A stretch of DNA of 64,000 nt from an uncultured Lachnospiraceae bacterium (GCA_905235435.1 CAJOLD010000009.1:16129-80128), one strand, 5' to 3'; positions 29,384-39,755 are shown, counted from the first letter of the stretch. A program made the numbers and translations. Notes: generated from the letters alone by a model not told the origin.

Positions 29384-30433
29384 CTACAGCAGGCGGCGGA
29401 TATCATTGAACATGATAAAGACCATCAGGACCATCAGCAGCATAAAGCCGGCGATGTGGATCTTCGCCTCCGTCTCCGGATCGATCCTTTTCCTCCGGAC
29501 GCACTCCACCACAAGAAAGAGCAGGCGTCCGCCGTCCAGCGCCGGGATGGGCAGCAGGTTCATGACGCCCAGGTTCGCCGAGAGCAGGATCGCGATATTC
29601 ATCATGTTCAGGAAGACATAGAAGGCGCCGTCCTTCCGGCTCTCCTCGTAGGTATCCCCAATGATGTCCACGATGCCGACGGGGCCGGACATCTCATTTA
29701 AGGAGACCCCTCCCGTAACGAGCAGGGCAAGGCCCTTGAACGTCGTGCGGATCCAGTAGCGCACCTCCAGGCAGCTGTAAAGAGCGATCCCCAGGATGCC
29801 CTCGCGCGTGCGGTTATTGATGTTTCCGGAGATGCCGAGGATATATCTTCCCGTTCCGCTGTCCACAGGGACAAGGGACACCTCGCCCTTCTCCCCGTCC
29901 CTCTCGTAGCCGATCACGACGGGGCTCCCGCCCGCGTAGAGCTTCTGGTTGTATTCGGTATAGTCCGCGACCTCGCGGTAAAGCCAGATCCGCTCTCCGT
30001 TGATGGAGGTGATCATGTCCCCGGCCATAAGTCCCGCCTCCGCGGCGGGATATCCCTCGGAAACAGCCAGGATCTCGGGCCTGTCGATCCCGTAGCAGCC
30101 GATGATGACCGCCGAGAGCAGCCAGGCGAGAATGAAATTAAAGACAGGGCCCGCGGCAACGATCAGGATCCGCCGCCATGCGGGCTTCGACGAGAACGAG
30201 CCCTCCGCTTCCGTATTCTCCCCGTCCTCTCCCAGCATCAAGCAGGAGCCTCCGAGGGGAAGGGCCTTGATCGACCATCTGGTCCCTCCGCGCGTAAAGC
30301 TGCAAAGCCGCGGCCCCATCCCGAGTGAGAACTCCAGGACGGTGACTCCGCTGCGCTTCGCGAGAAGAAAATGCCCGAACTCATGAAAGATGATGATAAA
30401 GCTGAAGATCAGAACAGCTATGACAAAACGCAA
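29384..30433 (-). CDS. rseP: site-2 (M50) zinc metalloprotease RseP/RasP
   Basis: ORF 29384..30556. Its first ~40 codons overlap dxr and look like nonsense. The likely start is TTG 30433, with GAAAGAAGG upstream. HEFGHF zinc motif, PDZ region and multiple TM helices are present. Confidence 0.85.
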   Translation of the reverse strand: MRFVIAVLIFSFIIIFHEFGHFLLAKRSGVTVLEFSLGMGPRLCSFTRGGTRWSIKALPLGGSCLMLGEDGENTEAEGSFSSKPAWRRILIVAAGPVFNFILAWLLSAVIIGCYGIDRPEILAVSEGYPAAEAGLMAGDMITSINGERIWLYREVADYTEYNQKLYAGGSPVVIGYERDGEKGEVSLVPVDSGTGRYILGISGNINNRTREGILGIALYSCLEVRYWIRTTFKGLALLVTGGVSLNEMSGPVGIVDIIGDTYEESRKDGAFYVFLNMMNIAILLSANLGVMNLLPIPALDGGRLLFLVVECVRRKRIDPETEAKIHIAGFMLLMVLMVFIMFNDIRRLL

Positions 30434-30450
30434 TAAACCAAACCTTCTTT

Positions 30451-31605
30451 CTATGCCTCCCGGTACCTTTCCCCGATCTGCGCGCGCACACGGGCCTCCG
30501 TCTCCAGGATCTCTTCCACCGTGGGCGACGGGACGGCCGGGATGCTGCTCATGCATTCCCCGATGATCTCATAGATCTCAAGGAAGCGGATCCTGCCGGC
30601 GAGGAACAGTGCGACCGCGGCCTCGTTCGCGGCGTTAAAGACGGTGGGCATGCTCCCGCCTGCGGCAAAAGCCTCCCTGGCCATCGCAAGGCCGCGGAAG
30701 GTCTCCGTGTCCGGCTCCTCAAAGGTGATCCTCCCGAGAGAGGCAAAATCAAGTCTTTCCCCCGCGAGCGGGAGCCGCTCCGGCCAGAAAAGAGCATACT
30801 GGATGGGAAGCTTCATGTCCGGCGTCCCGAGCTGCGCGATCACGGCGCCGTCCTCATACTCCACCATGGAGTGGATGACGCTCTGCGGCTGAACGATGAC
30901 GCGGACCTGATCCTGCGGTACGCCGAAAAGGTGGGAGGCTTCCATCACCTCCAGCCCTTTGTTGACGAGCGTGGCGGAATCGATCGTGATCTTGCTGCCC
31001 ATCTTCCAGTTGGGATGGTTCAGCGCGTCCTCCACGCGCACATATTCAAGGTCTTCTCTCTTTCTCCCGCGGAAGGGACCGCCGGATGCCGTAAGCCAGA
31101 TCCTGGCGATCCGGTTCTCCCTCTCCCCGTTCAGGGACTGGAAGATCGCGCTGTGCTCGCTGTCGACCGGCAGGATCTTCACGTTCTTCCGGGCGGCGAG
31201 CGGCATGATGATATGCCCCGCGGTGACCAGCGTCTCCTTGTTCGCGAGGGCGATATCCTTCCCCGCCTCGATGGCGGCAATGGTCGGGCGGATGCCGATC
31301 ATGCCGACGATGGCAGTCACGAGCATCTCGGATTCGGGAGCCCCCGCGACCTCGATCAGCCCGTCCATGCCGGAGACGATCCGGACGGAAAGGTCCGCCG
31401 TGCGCCCGCGAAGGACGGCCGCGTCCTCCTCCCGGGAGACGGCGGCTAAAGAAGGCTTAAACTCGCGGATCTGCTTTTCCAGCAGATCGATATTGGTCCC
31501 CGCGGAGAGCGCGCAGACGCGCAGCCTTCCGGGATTGGCGCGGACGACATCCAGGGTCTGGGTGCCGATCGAGCCGGTGGAGCCTAGAATGGCGATCGTT
31601 TTCAT
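30451..31605 (-). CDS. dxr: 1-deoxy-D-xylulose 5-phosphate reductoisomerase
   Basis: 384 aa. The N-terminus is MKTIAILGSTGSIGTQTLDV and the motif LPVDSEHSAIFQ is present. Confidence 0.93.
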   Translation of the reverse strand: MKTIAILGSTGSIGTQTLDVVRANPGRLRVCALSAGTNIDLLEKQIREFKPSLAAVSREEDAAVLRGRTADLSVRIVSGMDGLIEVAGAPESEMLVTAIVGMIGIRPTIAAIEAGKDIALANKETLVTAGHIIMPLAARKNVKILPVDSEHSAIFQSLNGERENRIARIWLTASGGPFRGRKREDLEYVRVEDALNHPNWKMGSKITIDSATLVNKGLEVMEASHLFGVPQDQVRVIVQPQSVIHSMVEYEDGAVIAQLGTPDMKLPIQYALFWPERLPLAGERLDFASLGRITFEEPDTETFRGLAMAREAFAAGGSMPTVFNAANEAAVALFLAGRIRFLEIYEIIGECMSSIPAVPSPTVEEILETEARVRAQIGERYREA

Positions 31606-31628
31606 GCGGGTATCTCCTTTCAGTCCGC

Positions 31629-32444
31629 TCAGGCGCCGAGAAGAAGCTTTGAGAGCAGCCAGATGATGGGGGCCGTGATGATCACGCTGTCGAAGCGGTC
31701 CAGGATCCCCCCATGCCCGGGAATCAGGTTTCCGTAGTCTTTGATCTTATGCTCGCGCTTGATCGCGGAGGCGGCAAGATCCCCGACGATGGAGATCAGG
31801 GCTCCGCTGGCGCAGATGATCGCGCCGTAATAGACCTGAAAGCCTTCCGGCATGCCTCCCCGCACGATCCAGACGTACAGAGAGCCGAGAAGCGCTGCGC
31901 CGGCGACGCCGCCGATGGCGCCCTCAATGGATTTTTTCGGGCTCAGCTTCGGGCTCATCTTATGCTTTCCGATCAGCATGCCCACACAGTAGGCACAGGT
32001 ATCGCTCCCCCAGGAGCAGAAAAAGATCAGCCAGACCAGGAACTGTCCGCCGGGCAGCGACCGCGTCTGGTAGATGTAGGACAGCATCACGGCGACATAA
32101 AACATGCCGAAGAGCGCCGTCGCCACCCCGGAAGCTTTTACTTTCGGCCAGGAGAAGACATAGACGGCGAGAAGGGCGCAGGTCGTCAGGGCCGCGCAGA
32201 CCATCAGATATTCCTCCTGATGAGCAAGCAGCAGCACATACATTGCCACTGCGCCGGCAAAGCCTGCGATCGCCGGGCCCTCCGGGGCATCCTTCGCGAT
32301 AAGTCCCGTCGCGCGGTAAAGTTCAAACATACCGATGACGGAAATGACCAGCAGGCCGGCGAGAAGCACAGGGCCTCCGGGAATGATCAGCGCCAGGGCG
32401 ATCGCGACCAGCACGATCCCGCTGATAAGACGGGTGCGGAACAT
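31629..32444 (-). CDS. cdsA: phosphatidate cytidylyltransferase
   Basis: 271-aa polytopic protein with the C-terminal CdsA signature SAIKREHKIKDYGNLIPGHGGILDRFDS. Confidence 0.9.
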   Translation of the reverse strand: MFRTRLISGIVLVAIALALIIPGGPVLLAGLLVISVIGMFELYRATGLIAKDAPEGPAIAGFAGAVAMYVLLLAHQEEYLMVCAALTTCALLAVYVFSWPKVKASGVATALFGMFYVAVMLSYIYQTRSLPGGQFLVWLIFFCSWGSDTCAYCVGMLIGKHKMSPKLSPKKSIEGAIGGVAGAALLGSLYVWIVRGGMPEGFQVYYGAIICASGALISIVGDLAASAIKREHKIKDYGNLIPGHGGILDRFDSVIITAPIIWLLSKLLLGA

Positions 32445-32446
32445 GC

Positions 32447-33154
32447 TCAGCTCTCCTTTCTTCCGCCGTAGCGGCGGTCTCGGTCATTGTAGTCCTCGAT
32501 GGCGGCAAGCAGGTCTTTCTTTTTGAAAGCGGGCCAGGGGACGTCGCAGAAATAAAACTCCGTATAGGCGAGCTGCCAGAGGAGGTAATTGGACAGTCTC
32601 TCCTCTCCGCTCGTCCGGATCAGCAGGTCCGGATCCGGGATGCCGGCAGTGTCAAGATGATCGCTGACGCATTCCTCCGTGATCTCATCCGCATTCAGCA
32701 GGCCGGCGACGCTCTCCCGCGCGATCGCGCGCACGGCGCGCGTGATCTCATCCCGGCTCCCGTAGTTTAACGCGATCTGAAAGTTCAGCCCGGTGTTTCC
32801 GGCTGAGCTTCTCTCCAGCTCTTTCAGGCTTTCCTGCAGGTCCGTATCGAAAGCGGCCGGGTCTCCGATGACCCGGACTTTCATGTTGTTGTCCCTGGCT
32901 GTCTTCATGCAGGTCTTTGTATAGCTCCGGAAGAGCTTCATCAGGGAATCGACCTCATCCTTCGAGCGTTTCCAGTTCTCCGTGGAAAACAGGTAGACGG
33001 TCAGATATTTGATGCCGATATTCCAGGCGTCCCGGCATATCTTCTCCAGATTCTTCGCGCCCTGGGCGTGTCCGTAGCTGCGGGGCATTCCTTTTGATTT
33101 TGCCCAGCGGCCGTTCCCGTCAAGGATAATGGCGACATGCTGCGGAATATTCAT
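32447..33154 (-). CDS. uppS: undecaprenyl diphosphate synthase
   Basis: 235 aa. HVAIILDGNGRWA and the cis-prenyltransferase C-terminal motifs are present. Confidence 0.92.
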   Translation of the reverse strand: MNIPQHVAIILDGNGRWAKSKGMPRSYGHAQGAKNLEKICRDAWNIGIKYLTVYLFSTENWKRSKDEVDSLMKLFRSYTKTCMKTARDNNMKVRVIGDPAAFDTDLQESLKELERSSAGNTGLNFQIALNYGSRDEITRAVRAIARESVAGLLNADEITEECVSDHLDTAGIPDPDLLIRTSGEERLSNYLLWQLAYTEFYFCDVPWPAFKKKDLLAAIEDYNDRDRRYGGRKES

Positions 33155-33242
33155 GCTTTTCCTCCGTTCATGTAAGGGGCTGCCACACCGGTCCCGGCAT
33201 GGCAGCCCCCGCCTGACGCCGCAAACGAGGTCTCCCCCCGTC

Positions 33243-33800
33243 TCAGACTGTCAGGATCTCTTTTGATTTTTCATCGACTGCTTTATCGATATCTTTGATG
33301 TGCTTATCGGTTTCCTTCTGGATAACATCTTCAAGGTCCTTGATCTCGTCCTCGGAGACGTCGGAGCCGGACTTGCCGAGCTTCTTGAGGGAGTCGTTCG
33401 CGTCCCTGCGGATATTGCGGACGGCGACCTTGGCGTTCTCGCCCTTCTTTTTGATATCCTTGACGAGCGCTTTTCTTCTCTCTTCCGTCAGCTCCGGGAA
33501 TACGAGGCGGATCACACGCCCGTCGTTGCTGGGGTTGATCCCGATATCCGACATATTGATGGCCTTCTCGATCGGCTTGATCATGGAGGGCTCCCACGGC
33601 TGGATCTGCAGGATGCGCGGCTCCGGTACCGTGATGTTGCCGACCTGCGCGAGCGGGGTCGGGGTCCCGTAATAGTCAACGGTGATCTTCTTTAAGACGT
33701 TCGGATTCGCCCTGCCGGCGCGGATCGTGCTGAATTCCTCGATCATACTCGCATAGGATTTATCCATTTTTTCCACATATACTTTGATCCTGTCGTCCAT
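33243..33800 (-). CDS. frr: ribosome recycling factor
   Basis: 185 aa with a typical Frr sequence (IRAGRANPNVL, RNIRRDAND). Confidence 0.93.
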   Translation of the reverse strand: MDDRIKVYVEKMDKSYASMIEEFSTIRAGRANPNVLKKITVDYYGTPTPLAQVGNITVPEPRILQIQPWEPSMIKPIEKAINMSDIGINPSNDGRVIRLVFPELTEERRKALVKDIKKKGENAKVAVRNIRRDANDSLKKLGKSGSDVSEDEIKDLEDVIQKETDKHIKDIDKAVDEKSKEILTV

Positions 33801-33852
33801 TTTTATCCTCCTGATTCTTTATTGCTGAAGCGGGATGCGCCTCCCGCAGGGA

Positions 33853-33896
33853 AACCCAGGCCGTAATGACCGTAAACCTAAACCGTAATGACCGTA
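33853..33896. repeat. imperfect 22-nt tandem duplication spanning the pyrH stop codon
   Basis: Units 33853..33874 and 33875..33896 match at 18 of 22 positions. The core CCGTAATGACCGTA is exact in both (33861..33874 and 33883..33896). Confidence 0.9.
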
Positions 33897-34576
33897 CCCT
33901 GGCCTTCGCCGCGGGCCGCGCGGACAATGCCGTTCTCGTCCGTCAGTGAAAAGACGAGGACCGGCATCTTCTGCTCCATGCAGAGGATGGAAGCGGTAAG
34001 ATCCATCACGCCGAGCCTTCTGTCGACGACTTCCTGAATGGAGATCTGATCCAGCTTCACCGCGTCCGGGTCTTCATCCGGGTCGCCTGTATAAACGCCG
34101 TCGACGGATTTCGCGAGAAGGATCTCGTCCGCGTGGATCTCGATCGCGCGCAGGACGGTGGCGGTATCCGTCGAGAAGTACGGATGTCCGGTGCCTCCCG
34201 CGAAAAATACCACAGTTCCTTCGGAAAGTGCCTTCACGGCTTCATCGTAGGAATACAGTGACGTAAACCCGCCGCATGAAAAGGGTGTCATCGTCACGGT
34301 CTTCATTCCGCAGGAGCGGAAGATCTCGGAAACGTAGAGGCAGTTCATGATGGTCGCGAGCATGCCGATCTGATCCGCCTTGGATCGTTTCATACTGCCG
34401 CTCGAACGGCCTCTCCAGAAGTTGCCTCCGCCGATCACGACCGCGATCTGCTTCCCTTCATCGACCAGTTCCTTTACCTGCATTGCAACGCCGGTGATCG
34501 TCTCATCGTCGAAGCCTGTCGATCTGCCGGGCCCCGCGAGTGCCTCACCGCTCAGTTTAAGCAAAAATCTTTTCAT
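33878..34576 (-). CDS. pyrH: UMP kinase
   Basis: 232 aa. MKRFLLKLSGEALAG and VVIGGGNFWRG are present. Confidence 0.93.
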   Translation of the reverse strand: MKRFLLKLSGEALAGPGRSTGFDDETITGVAMQVKELVDEGKQIAVVIGGGNFWRGRSSGSMKRSKADQIGMLATIMNCLYVSEIFRSCGMKTVTMTPFSCGGFTSLYSYDEAVKALSEGTVVFFAGGTGHPYFSTDTATVLRAIEIHADEILLAKSVDGVYTGDPDEDPDAVKLDQISIQEVVDRRLGVMDLTASILCMEQKMPVLVFSLTDENGIVRAARGEGQGTVITV

Positions 34577-34633
34577 ACAGCCTCCTTATTAAGCCAACTG
34601 ACATAAGTCAAGTATAGCATATCCGTCCTTTTC

Positions 34634-37201
34634 TTAATAGGGCCGTTTCGCATATTTTTTCCTGTTTCTGCGGGCCCGGAGGCGCTTCCTCCTCTTTCCT
34701 TCCCAGTCCCAGATCTTCCTGACGAGCAGGCTCGTCCACTGCAGGACCGGTACCGTATTGACCGCGAAGAGGATGAGCAGCAGGCCGCACCGGCGCGAGA
34801 TGGAGCTGATCGAAAACAGCCGGTTCATAAAGGTCATGCAGAATACAAGGCCGAACAGCATCGAAAACCACAGGACCCAGTGGGGAACCGTCATGGGCGA
34901 AGCGATCCGGTAGAGGATCATCATTCCGACGATCCCAAGCAGGATGGTGCAGGCCGTGGATGTATCCGCGGCGCTGACACGGAACTGATCGCAGAATACG
35001 ACCAGCACGGCCGCGATGATAAAATCAGTCAGGCCGGCCGGAAGCGCGCGCAGAAACACGTTGCTGAGGAACCGCCCCTCGATCCGCTCATTGCTGTTTT
35101 CAAGCGCCAGCAGCGCAGCGGGGATGCCGATCGTAAACATGCTGATCAGAGACATCTGCGAGGGCTCCAGCGGATAATCGAACATCAGAATGATGGAGAA
35201 CAGCGACAGCAGGATCGAGAAGATGTTCTTCACGAGAAAAAGGCTTGCCGTCCGCTGAATATTGTTGACGACCCTCCTGCCCTCGGAGACGACCATGGGC
35301 ATGCGGGCAAAATCCGAATCGAGCAGGACCAGCTGGGCGGCGCTTGCGGCCGCGCTGCTGCCCGATGCCATTGCCGCGCTGCAGTCCGCTTCGCGCAGAG
35401 CCAGTACGTCGTTGACGCCGTCGCCGGTCATCGCGACCGTGTGCCCTCTCTTCTGAAGGGAGAGGACCATCGTCCTCTTCTGCTCGGGCGTCACTCTGCC
35501 GAATACGGTATATTTGCCGACCGCGTTCAGGATCTCCGGATCCGATCTCAGCGTGGACGCGTCGATGTAATTCTCCGCTCCCGGGATCCCGGCCTGCATG
35601 GCGATGGCGGATACGGCGGCAGGGTTGTCGCCGGAGATCACCATGATATCTACGCCCTGCTCCTCAAAGTACCGGAAGGTCTGTTTCGCGTCCGGACGGA
35701 TCGGGTTCTCCAGAAGAACGAGCGCCATGGGAATGACGCGGCTCTTCAGCTCCCCTCCGTCAAGCTCTCCGGTGTACTCTCCGAAAAGAAGGACCCTGTA
35801 TCCCTTCAGGGCATAGTCCTCTGCCAGCGCAAGGATCTGCTCCGGCGCGCAGGATACCGGGACGATGGCGCTGCCGGCTCCGGCATCCGTCCCGTCCCCG
35901 GGCGCCGCATCGGGAGACGCCGCAGTCTCCTCCTGCGTCCCCGCGCGAAGCAGAAATTCCGGCGCGCCCAGGATGAGCGGCCTGCTGCCGATCTGCGCGG
36001 CGCTGTATTTGTAGACCGGAGAAAAAGAAAATACCTTTTCGGCCTTCTCCCCCGTTCCCTGAACATAATAGGACTTGATCGCGCGCATCGTATCATTGTC
36101 GCTGTCCATGGACGCGGCAAAGTTTCCGAGCAGCACGGAAAGCAGGGCTTTCTCCTGGGTTTCGGCTCCGCCCTGCGCCTCGCCGTCCAGGATCCCCACA
36201 ACAGACGGCGCATGCAGCGGAACGGTATCCGCCACCTGCATCTTCGGCTGCGTGATCGTCCCTGTCTTATCAACACAGAGAACGTCCACCCGGGCGAGCG
36301 TCTCGATCGATTTCATGTCATGCACCAGCACCCTGCTGCGCGCAAGGCGCACCGCGCTCACGGCCAGGGCCACGCTGGTCAGCAGATAGAGTCCTTCGGG
36401 GATCATGCCGATGATGGCGGCGATCGTGCCGGTCACGCTGGCTTTAAAACTGAGCCCGCTGAACTTATACTGCTGCACGAACAGCGTGATGCTGACGGGA
36501 ATGATGAGGACGCCGATGATGCGCAGAAGGACATTCAGGGAGCGGATCATCTCCGACTGCTCCTTCGTGTTCGCCCTGCGGGCCTCCTTTGTAAGCTTCG
36601 CGGCGTAGGAATCGGCGCCGACGGCCGTCAGCCTCGCGCGGCAGTGCCCCGAAACGATAAAGCTCCCGGAAAGCAGCGGGCTGTCCGTCATCTTCTCGAT
36701 CTCCTGCGCTTCACCGGTCAGCAGTGATTCATTCACCTGGACCCGTCCTTCCACGACGACGGCGTCCGCCGGGATCTGGTTCCCGGCGCCGAGCAGGATG
36801 ATGTCACCGAGCACGAGCTCCTCCGACTGCACGGTCTCTTCGCTTCCTCCGCGGACGACGGTCGTCTTCGGAGCATTGAGGATCGTCAGCTTTTCCAGGG
36901 TGACCTTGGATCTCCACTGCTGCAGGATGCCGATCAGGGTGTTGAAGACGATCAGCGGGATGAAGGTCATGTCCTTATAGGCGCCGACAATGAAAAGCAT
37001 GACCGCTATAAAGACAAAGATCATGTTGAAATAGGTGAAGACATTCGTGAAGATGATGTGCCCGAGCGAATGCTGGTCATCTTCGGGCATCACATTGGCA
37101 AATCCTTCCTCTGTGCGCCTCTGCACTTCCTCCCGCGAGAGCCCTCTGACGGGATCTGTGACCGCCATGTCCCTCGCATCCGTGTAATTCGTCTCTGCCA
37201 T
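34634..37201 (-). CDS. cation-translocating P-type ATPase (type II/HAD-IC)
   Basis: 855 aa. Phosphorylation motif CVDKTGTIT, hinge motif MTGDGVNDVLAL, about 10 TM segments. Ion specificity cannot be read from the sequence. Confidence 0.85.
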   Translation of the reverse strand: MAETNYTDARDMAVTDPVRGLSREEVQRRTEEGFANVMPEDDQHSLGHIIFTNVFTYFNMIFVFIAVMLFIVGAYKDMTFIPLIVFNTLIGILQQWRSKVTLEKLTILNAPKTTVVRGGSEETVQSEELVLGDIILLGAGNQIPADAVVVEGRVQVNESLLTGEAQEIEKMTDSPLLSGSFIVSGHCRARLTAVGADSYAAKLTKEARRANTKEQSEMIRSLNVLLRIIGVLIIPVSITLFVQQYKFSGLSFKASVTGTIAAIIGMIPEGLYLLTSVALAVSAVRLARSRVLVHDMKSIETLARVDVLCVDKTGTITQPKMQVADTVPLHAPSVVGILDGEAQGGAETQEKALLSVLLGNFAASMDSDNDTMRAIKSYYVQGTGEKAEKVFSFSPVYKYSAAQIGSRPLILGAPEFLLRAGTQEETAASPDAAPGDGTDAGAGSAIVPVSCAPEQILALAEDYALKGYRVLLFGEYTGELDGGELKSRVIPMALVLLENPIRPDAKQTFRYFEEQGVDIMVISGDNPAAVSAIAMQAGIPGAENYIDASTLRSDPEILNAVGKYTVFGRVTPEQKRTMVLSLQKRGHTVAMTGDGVNDVLALREADCSAAMASGSSAAASAAQLVLLDSDFARMPMVVSEGRRVVNNIQRTASLFLVKNIFSILLSLFSIILMFDYPLEPSQMSLISMFTIGIPAALLALENSNERIEGRFLSNVFLRALPAGLTDFIIAAVLVVFCDQFRVSAADTSTACTILLGIVGMMILYRIASPMTVPHWVLWFSMLFGLVFCMTFMNRLFSISSISRRCGLLLILFAVNTVPVLQWTSLLVRKIWDWEGKRRKRLRARRNRKKYAKRPY

Positions 37202-37250
37202 ATGTTTTAGGAATCGCTCCCCTTCTTTACAGAATAGTTCCCCGTCCCGG

Positions 37251-38537
37251 TCAGACGTTGCATACGATCATGCGCAGCTTTCCGTTCTGGTCCGGCGGGA
37301 TCGAATCCATCCAGTCAAACTGAAAGCTGAAGGGCCGCTTAAAGATCGCGTTCAGGTTTTCGGTCAGATACTGCTCGATCTCCTCCCGGGACATGGAGGC
37401 GTCTTCGTCCCTGACGATCTGCACCCGGATCTCATCCCAGCTCTCCTGGATGAAACGGATCTGCAGGATGTCCGCGCAGTGCGCGATGACGGGCGTCACC
37501 TCAAAGAAGCTGGTCACCTCTCCGTTCTCATACCGGAAATAGTCGTTCATGCGCCCCTGCACATTGGAGATGAAGTGGACACCCTGGTTGGTCTTCAGGT
37601 TCCCCCTGTCCCCGATCTCATAGTTGATGAGGGGCAGGTCCGTCTTGTAGAGCGGCGTGATGACGATCCTTCCTTCCGATGCCATCTTTCCGTCGTCGTC
37701 GACCACGTTCACAACAAAGGAATCCTGGTAAATGATGTAGTAGTCACGGCCGGGCAGGCGGATCATGCAGGCGCCGGTCTCGGCGCTCCCGTAGGAGTCG
37801 ATGATCCCGTCCCCGAGGACCTTTTTGAAGAGCTTCCTGTCGTTCTCGGTCACCTTCTCGCTGATCGGATCGTAGAATTTCGGGTGGAAGATCTCCTTCC
37901 CCGTGCGGTTGCTGTAGAGGACGAGCCGCATCAGCTCGGTCTTGTTCATATAGAGCCAGTCCGGACGGTAGGCGTTGATGGCGTCGATCACATCCGGCTC
38001 CGGCGCGTACTGGTCCACAAAGCTGCGGCGGAAAAGGCCGATCTTCTGGATGAAGGAATCGGGACCTCCCGGGTTCTCGTCATGGGCGTTGATCCTGCTC
38101 ATGGTCTTTCCGAACATGGGATTATAGCCGGCGACCATCATCGCCCGGATCCAGTTTGCCTTCATGAAGGCCTTCTCCTTCGGCGAAAAGAGCACAGTCA
38201 GCGGTTTCCCCGTGGAGCCGCTCGTGGTATCGGCGTACCAGTACTGATACTCCGGTTTTTTGGCCTCATCGGCCATCCATCTGCGAAGCTCGTCCTTGGT
38301 GAGGACGGGGAGCTTTGTCAGATCGTCGCCGGTCCGGATGTCCTCCGGCTTAACGCCTGCTTTCTCGAAGCGCTCCCTGTAGAAGGGGATCTCCCAGGCC
38401 CTGCGCATCAGCTTCTGCACATTCTTCTCCTGGGTCCTCATCACCTTTGAATAATTGACGGGCTCCTTTTTCTCCACACTGAGGAGATCCTTCAGCATAT
38501 ATACGTTCGTCAGTTTCTTTTCTACTTTCTCAAACAT
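37251..38537 (-). CDS. ANL-superfamily adenylating enzyme of the PaaK/CapK/F390-synthetase type
   Basis: 428 aa. The AMP-binding motif is TTSGSTGKPL, followed by SYGSAETG. It is short (no large N-terminal domain), like phenylacetate-CoA-ligase/CapK proteins. Confidence 0.7.
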   Translation of the reverse strand: MFEKVEKKLTNVYMLKDLLSVEKKEPVNYSKVMRTQEKNVQKLMRRAWEIPFYRERFEKAGVKPEDIRTGDDLTKLPVLTKDELRRWMADEAKKPEYQYWYADTTSGSTGKPLTVLFSPKEKAFMKANWIRAMMVAGYNPMFGKTMSRINAHDENPGGPDSFIQKIGLFRRSFVDQYAPEPDVIDAINAYRPDWLYMNKTELMRLVLYSNRTGKEIFHPKFYDPISEKVTENDRKLFKKVLGDGIIDSYGSAETGACMIRLPGRDYYIIYQDSFVVNVVDDDGKMASEGRIVITPLYKTDLPLINYEIGDRGNLKTNQGVHFISNVQGRMNDYFRYENGEVTSFFEVTPVIAHCADILQIRFIQESWDEIRVQIVRDEDASMSREEIEQYLTENLNAIFKRPFSFQFDWMDSIPPDQNGKLRMIVCNV

Positions 38538-38549
38538 CCGAAAACCTCT

Positions 38550-39725
38550 TTACTCTACCCTGATCTCGATCTTTGAAAGCGCGTCGTGCAGCACGTCCAC
38601 GGCCTCGTCGAGTGTTTCTCCGCGCGTGATCACATGCCCTATCCTGTGCGGGCCCACATGGAATTTCTTTACGGCATCGCCCACCGTATAGTCGAACTGG
38701 ACCTCATAGATGCGGTCGTCCTTCGGATTGTGGTTCGCGATGGAGCGGATGACGCCGTCCCTGTCGCTCATCAGCAGCATGCTGGCGTTCGGCACGGCCT
38801 TCTCCTGCGGGAAATCCGGATCCTCACCGAGCGCGGCGAGAATGATCTTTTCGTAATAATCGAAGCCGTAATAGATGGAGACGAGCTCCGCGAGGCAGGT
38901 GGCGCCGGAGCGGCCGCCGATCTCGAGGACATAGGTCTTCCCGTCCCTCATGATAAAGTCCGCGTTGATCGCGCAGTTGTCGAGCTTCATCGCGCGGATG
39001 GCCTTCTCGGTCTGGTCAAAGACGTCCTTCTTCTGCTCGTCGGTGAGCGCAAAGGGCGCGAAATGGCCGACCGGCACGCCGGTATCCCCGGTAAAGACAT
39101 AATCGCCGTGAGGCAGCACGAAGCGGAGCTCTCCGTTATAGACGAAGGCCTGCGCGCCGAACTCGCTCCCGACGATGAATTCTTCCACGATATAATAGTC
39201 CTTGCGCGTCACGCCGCGCACGTTATCGATAGCCGCCGCGATGCCCTCCGGGCCGTTGACGCGCGTAATGCCGCGGCTCCCGGACGAATCGACCGCCTTA
39301 AAGATCAGCGGATAGGTAAGATCGCTGAGGCTCTCCGCGGGATCCTCATCGAAGGAGATCATGCGGAACCTTGCGGTGCGCACACCGTTCTTCTCATAGC
39401 ATTCCTTCATCAGGCGCTTGTCCGAAGCGATCTTCGCGGCTTCAAAGGAGAGACCTTTGAGGCCCATCGCGTCGCAGACTCTTCCGATCGTGATGACCGC
39501 GACGTCCGTCCCGGCTGTCACGATCCCGTCGATCTGCTTCTCCCTTGCCACCTTCAGGACCGATTCATAGTCGACGGTATTGATATGGCAGACCTCGTCG
39601 GCGATCGCAAAGCCCGGATAATTGCCGGGGATGCTGACGGCGATCGTGTAGATTCCCATCTCCTTCGCCCTGCGTATCAGCGGGACCTGATAGATCCCGG
39701 CTCCCATGATCATGATCTTTTTCAT
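38550..39725 (-). CDS. ATP-grasp ligase
   Basis: 391 aa with a pre-ATP-grasp Rossmann N-terminus (KIMIMGAGIYQVPLIRRAKEMG). The central ATP-grasp region includes PLIFKAVDSSGSRGI, EEFIVGSEF and a LEIGGR-type C-loop. Confidence 0.7.
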   Translation of the reverse strand: MKKIMIMGAGIYQVPLIRRAKEMGIYTIAVSIPGNYPGFAIADEVCHINTVDYESVLKVAREKQIDGIVTAGTDVAVITIGRVCDAMGLKGLSFEAAKIASDKRLMKECYEKNGVRTARFRMISFDEDPAESLSDLTYPLIFKAVDSSGSRGITRVNGPEGIAAAIDNVRGVTRKDYYIVEEFIVGSEFGAQAFVYNGELRFVLPHGDYVFTGDTGVPVGHFAPFALTDEQKKDVFDQTEKAIRAMKLDNCAINADFIMRDGKTYVLEIGGRSGATCLAELVSIYYGFDYYEKIILAALGEDPDFPQEKAVPNASMLLMSDRDGVIRSIANHNPKDDRIYEVQFDYTVGDAVKKFHVGPHRIGHVITRGETLDEAVDVLHDALSKIEIRVE

Positions 39726-39755
39726 TGCTTTTCGCCATCCTCTCTGCGCTCAAAT

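Noticed and set aside
29384-30556. N-terminal extensions in the ORF track: rseP to 30556, epimerase to 57945, SIS isomerase to 57188, kinase to 58867, rhodanese to 49823, argD to 1374.
   Set aside because: The extended parts overlap the upstream gene, read as Arg/Pro/Gly-rich nonsense, and are followed by an internal start with a proper Shine-Dalgarno sequence. I trimmed the coordinates accordingly.
33155-33242. Long GC hairpin GGGGCTGCCATGCCGGGACCGGTGTGGCAGCCCC between frr and uppS.
   Set aside because: No U-tract follows on the transcribed (minus) strand, so I do not call it a terminator. It is probably a processing or stability stem, and there is too little evidence to annotate it.
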